Source: an uncultured Lachnospiraceae bacterium (lineage in GTDB: Bacteria; Bacillota; Clostridia; Lachnospirales; Lachnospiraceae). Taken from it: 24,000 nucleotides of DNA. The stretch spans positions 154,428-178,427 of the forward strand of contig CAJUSK010000012.1 in assembly GCA_910589075.1 (NCBI GenBank). The letters run 5' to 3'. This document shows, in pieces, positions 23,347 through 24,000 of the stretch. How positions within the stretch are numbered: position 1 is the first letter of the stretch; each line of letters opens with the position of its first letter. A program made the translations under genes and the position numbers. The notes beneath the pieces were generated by a model. It saw only the letters and a program-made list of their open reading frames with translations. It did not search any database and was not told the origin of the DNA.

Positions 23347-24000
23347 AACTGTTCCTCCTTACTGCTTGAGAATTTCATCTGTGCAACCGATACACATACG
23401 ATCACAATAAAGAATACAACCGCGTTGGCACTCTGGAAACCGAACTGTCCGCCTGACATACCATTGTTGTAAATCAGGTAGGAAATGGATTCCGTACTCT
23501 GTGCCGGGCCGCCTTTTGTCAGGGCCATGATCTGATCAAATACCATCAGGAAGTTTTTCACGCAAAGCACCATATTGATGGAAAAGAAGGGAATGATCAG
23601 CGGGAAGGTCAGATATTTAAACTGTTTCCAGCCGGTTGCCCCGTCCAGTCCGCCTGCCTCATATACATCTTCCGGTACGGTCTGCAGGCCGGAGATATAG
23701 ATGATCGTATTCATGGCAATCGCCTGCCATGCACATACCACTACGATGCCGATCCATGCGGACTTAGGGTCAGAAAGAATACTGGTGGAGTTCATACCCA
23801 TCATATTTGCCACTGCCGGAAGGATATATGTAAAGAAGTAGTTGAAAATATAACCTACGACCAGGGCGCCCAGAATATTGGGCAGGAAATATGCGCCTCT
23901 GAAAAAACTCTTCGCGCGGATTTTGCTGTTCAGCGCCAGTGCCAGCACAAGACTGAGCACATTTACCACAACTGTCGTCACAATCGCCAGTTTAAAGGTA
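23343..24000 (-). CDS. Carbohydrate ABC transporter permease (MsmF/RafF-like), 5' end outside the window
   Basis: The frame is open to the window edge. The EAA loop YEAGGLDGATGWKQFKYLTFP is present. The track's M at 23981 is an internal GTG. Confidence 0.85.
   Translation of the reverse strand, partial: TFKLAIVTTVVVNVLSLVLALALNSKIRAKSFFRGAYFLPNILGALVVGYIFNYFFTYILPAVANMMGMNSTSILSDPKSAWIGIVVVCAWQAIAMNTIIYISGLQTVPEDVYEAGGLDGATGWKQFKYLTFPLIIPFFSINMVLCVKNFLMVFDQIMALTKGGPAQSTESISYLIYNNGMSGGQFGFQSANAVVFFIVIVCVSVAQMKFSSSKEEQL

Overview
The window looks like a Firmicutes/Clostridia chromosome segment (GGAGG-type RBSs, a T-box leader, PTS genes, tightly packed genes). All but one gene is on the minus strand. 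Right to left: (a) the 3' end of a raffinose/melibiose-type cluster, with two ABC sugar permeases and a GH36 alpha-galactosidase (24000-20179). (b) One insulated plus-strand gene of unknown function with its own strong promoter (19401-20146). (c) A decayed chimeric pseudogene (Na/Pi-cotransporter N-terminus joined to a histidine-kinase C-terminus) directly upstream of a Ca2+/Na+ antiporter (19211-17914). (d) A small ORF, a membrane-anchored leucine-rich-repeat protein and an ECF sigma / DUF4179 anti-sigma pair (17808-13355). (e) The main item: a roughly 12.7 kb, 13-gene co-directional cluster (13140-426). It encodes a PRD/EIIA-containing LicR/MtlR-type regulator, an RDD membrane protein, PTS EIIA/EIIB/EIIC of the lactose/cellobiose family, a stand-alone GrdB-N-terminal-like protein, an intact M42 peptidase coupled to a ligand-depleted M42 paralog, a glycosylasparaginase-family Ntn hydrolase, a PepV-like M20 dipeptidase, a MupG-like (DUF871) putative 6-phospho-glycosidase, CutC and a YitT-family membrane protein. 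I read this as a candidate PTS-dependent glycopeptide / glycosyl-asparagine catabolic system; I know of no described equivalent, but I could not search databases. Inside this cluster, between the M20 and MupG-like genes, are three tandem copies of a ~107-119 bp unit. Each folds into a 78-nt extended hairpin, and the arm substitutions are G-U compatible only in the minus (mRNA-sense) strand. (f) A T-box leader (probable Trp specifier) runs off the left edge. No CRISPR array, rRNA, tRNA or recognisable transposase was seen.
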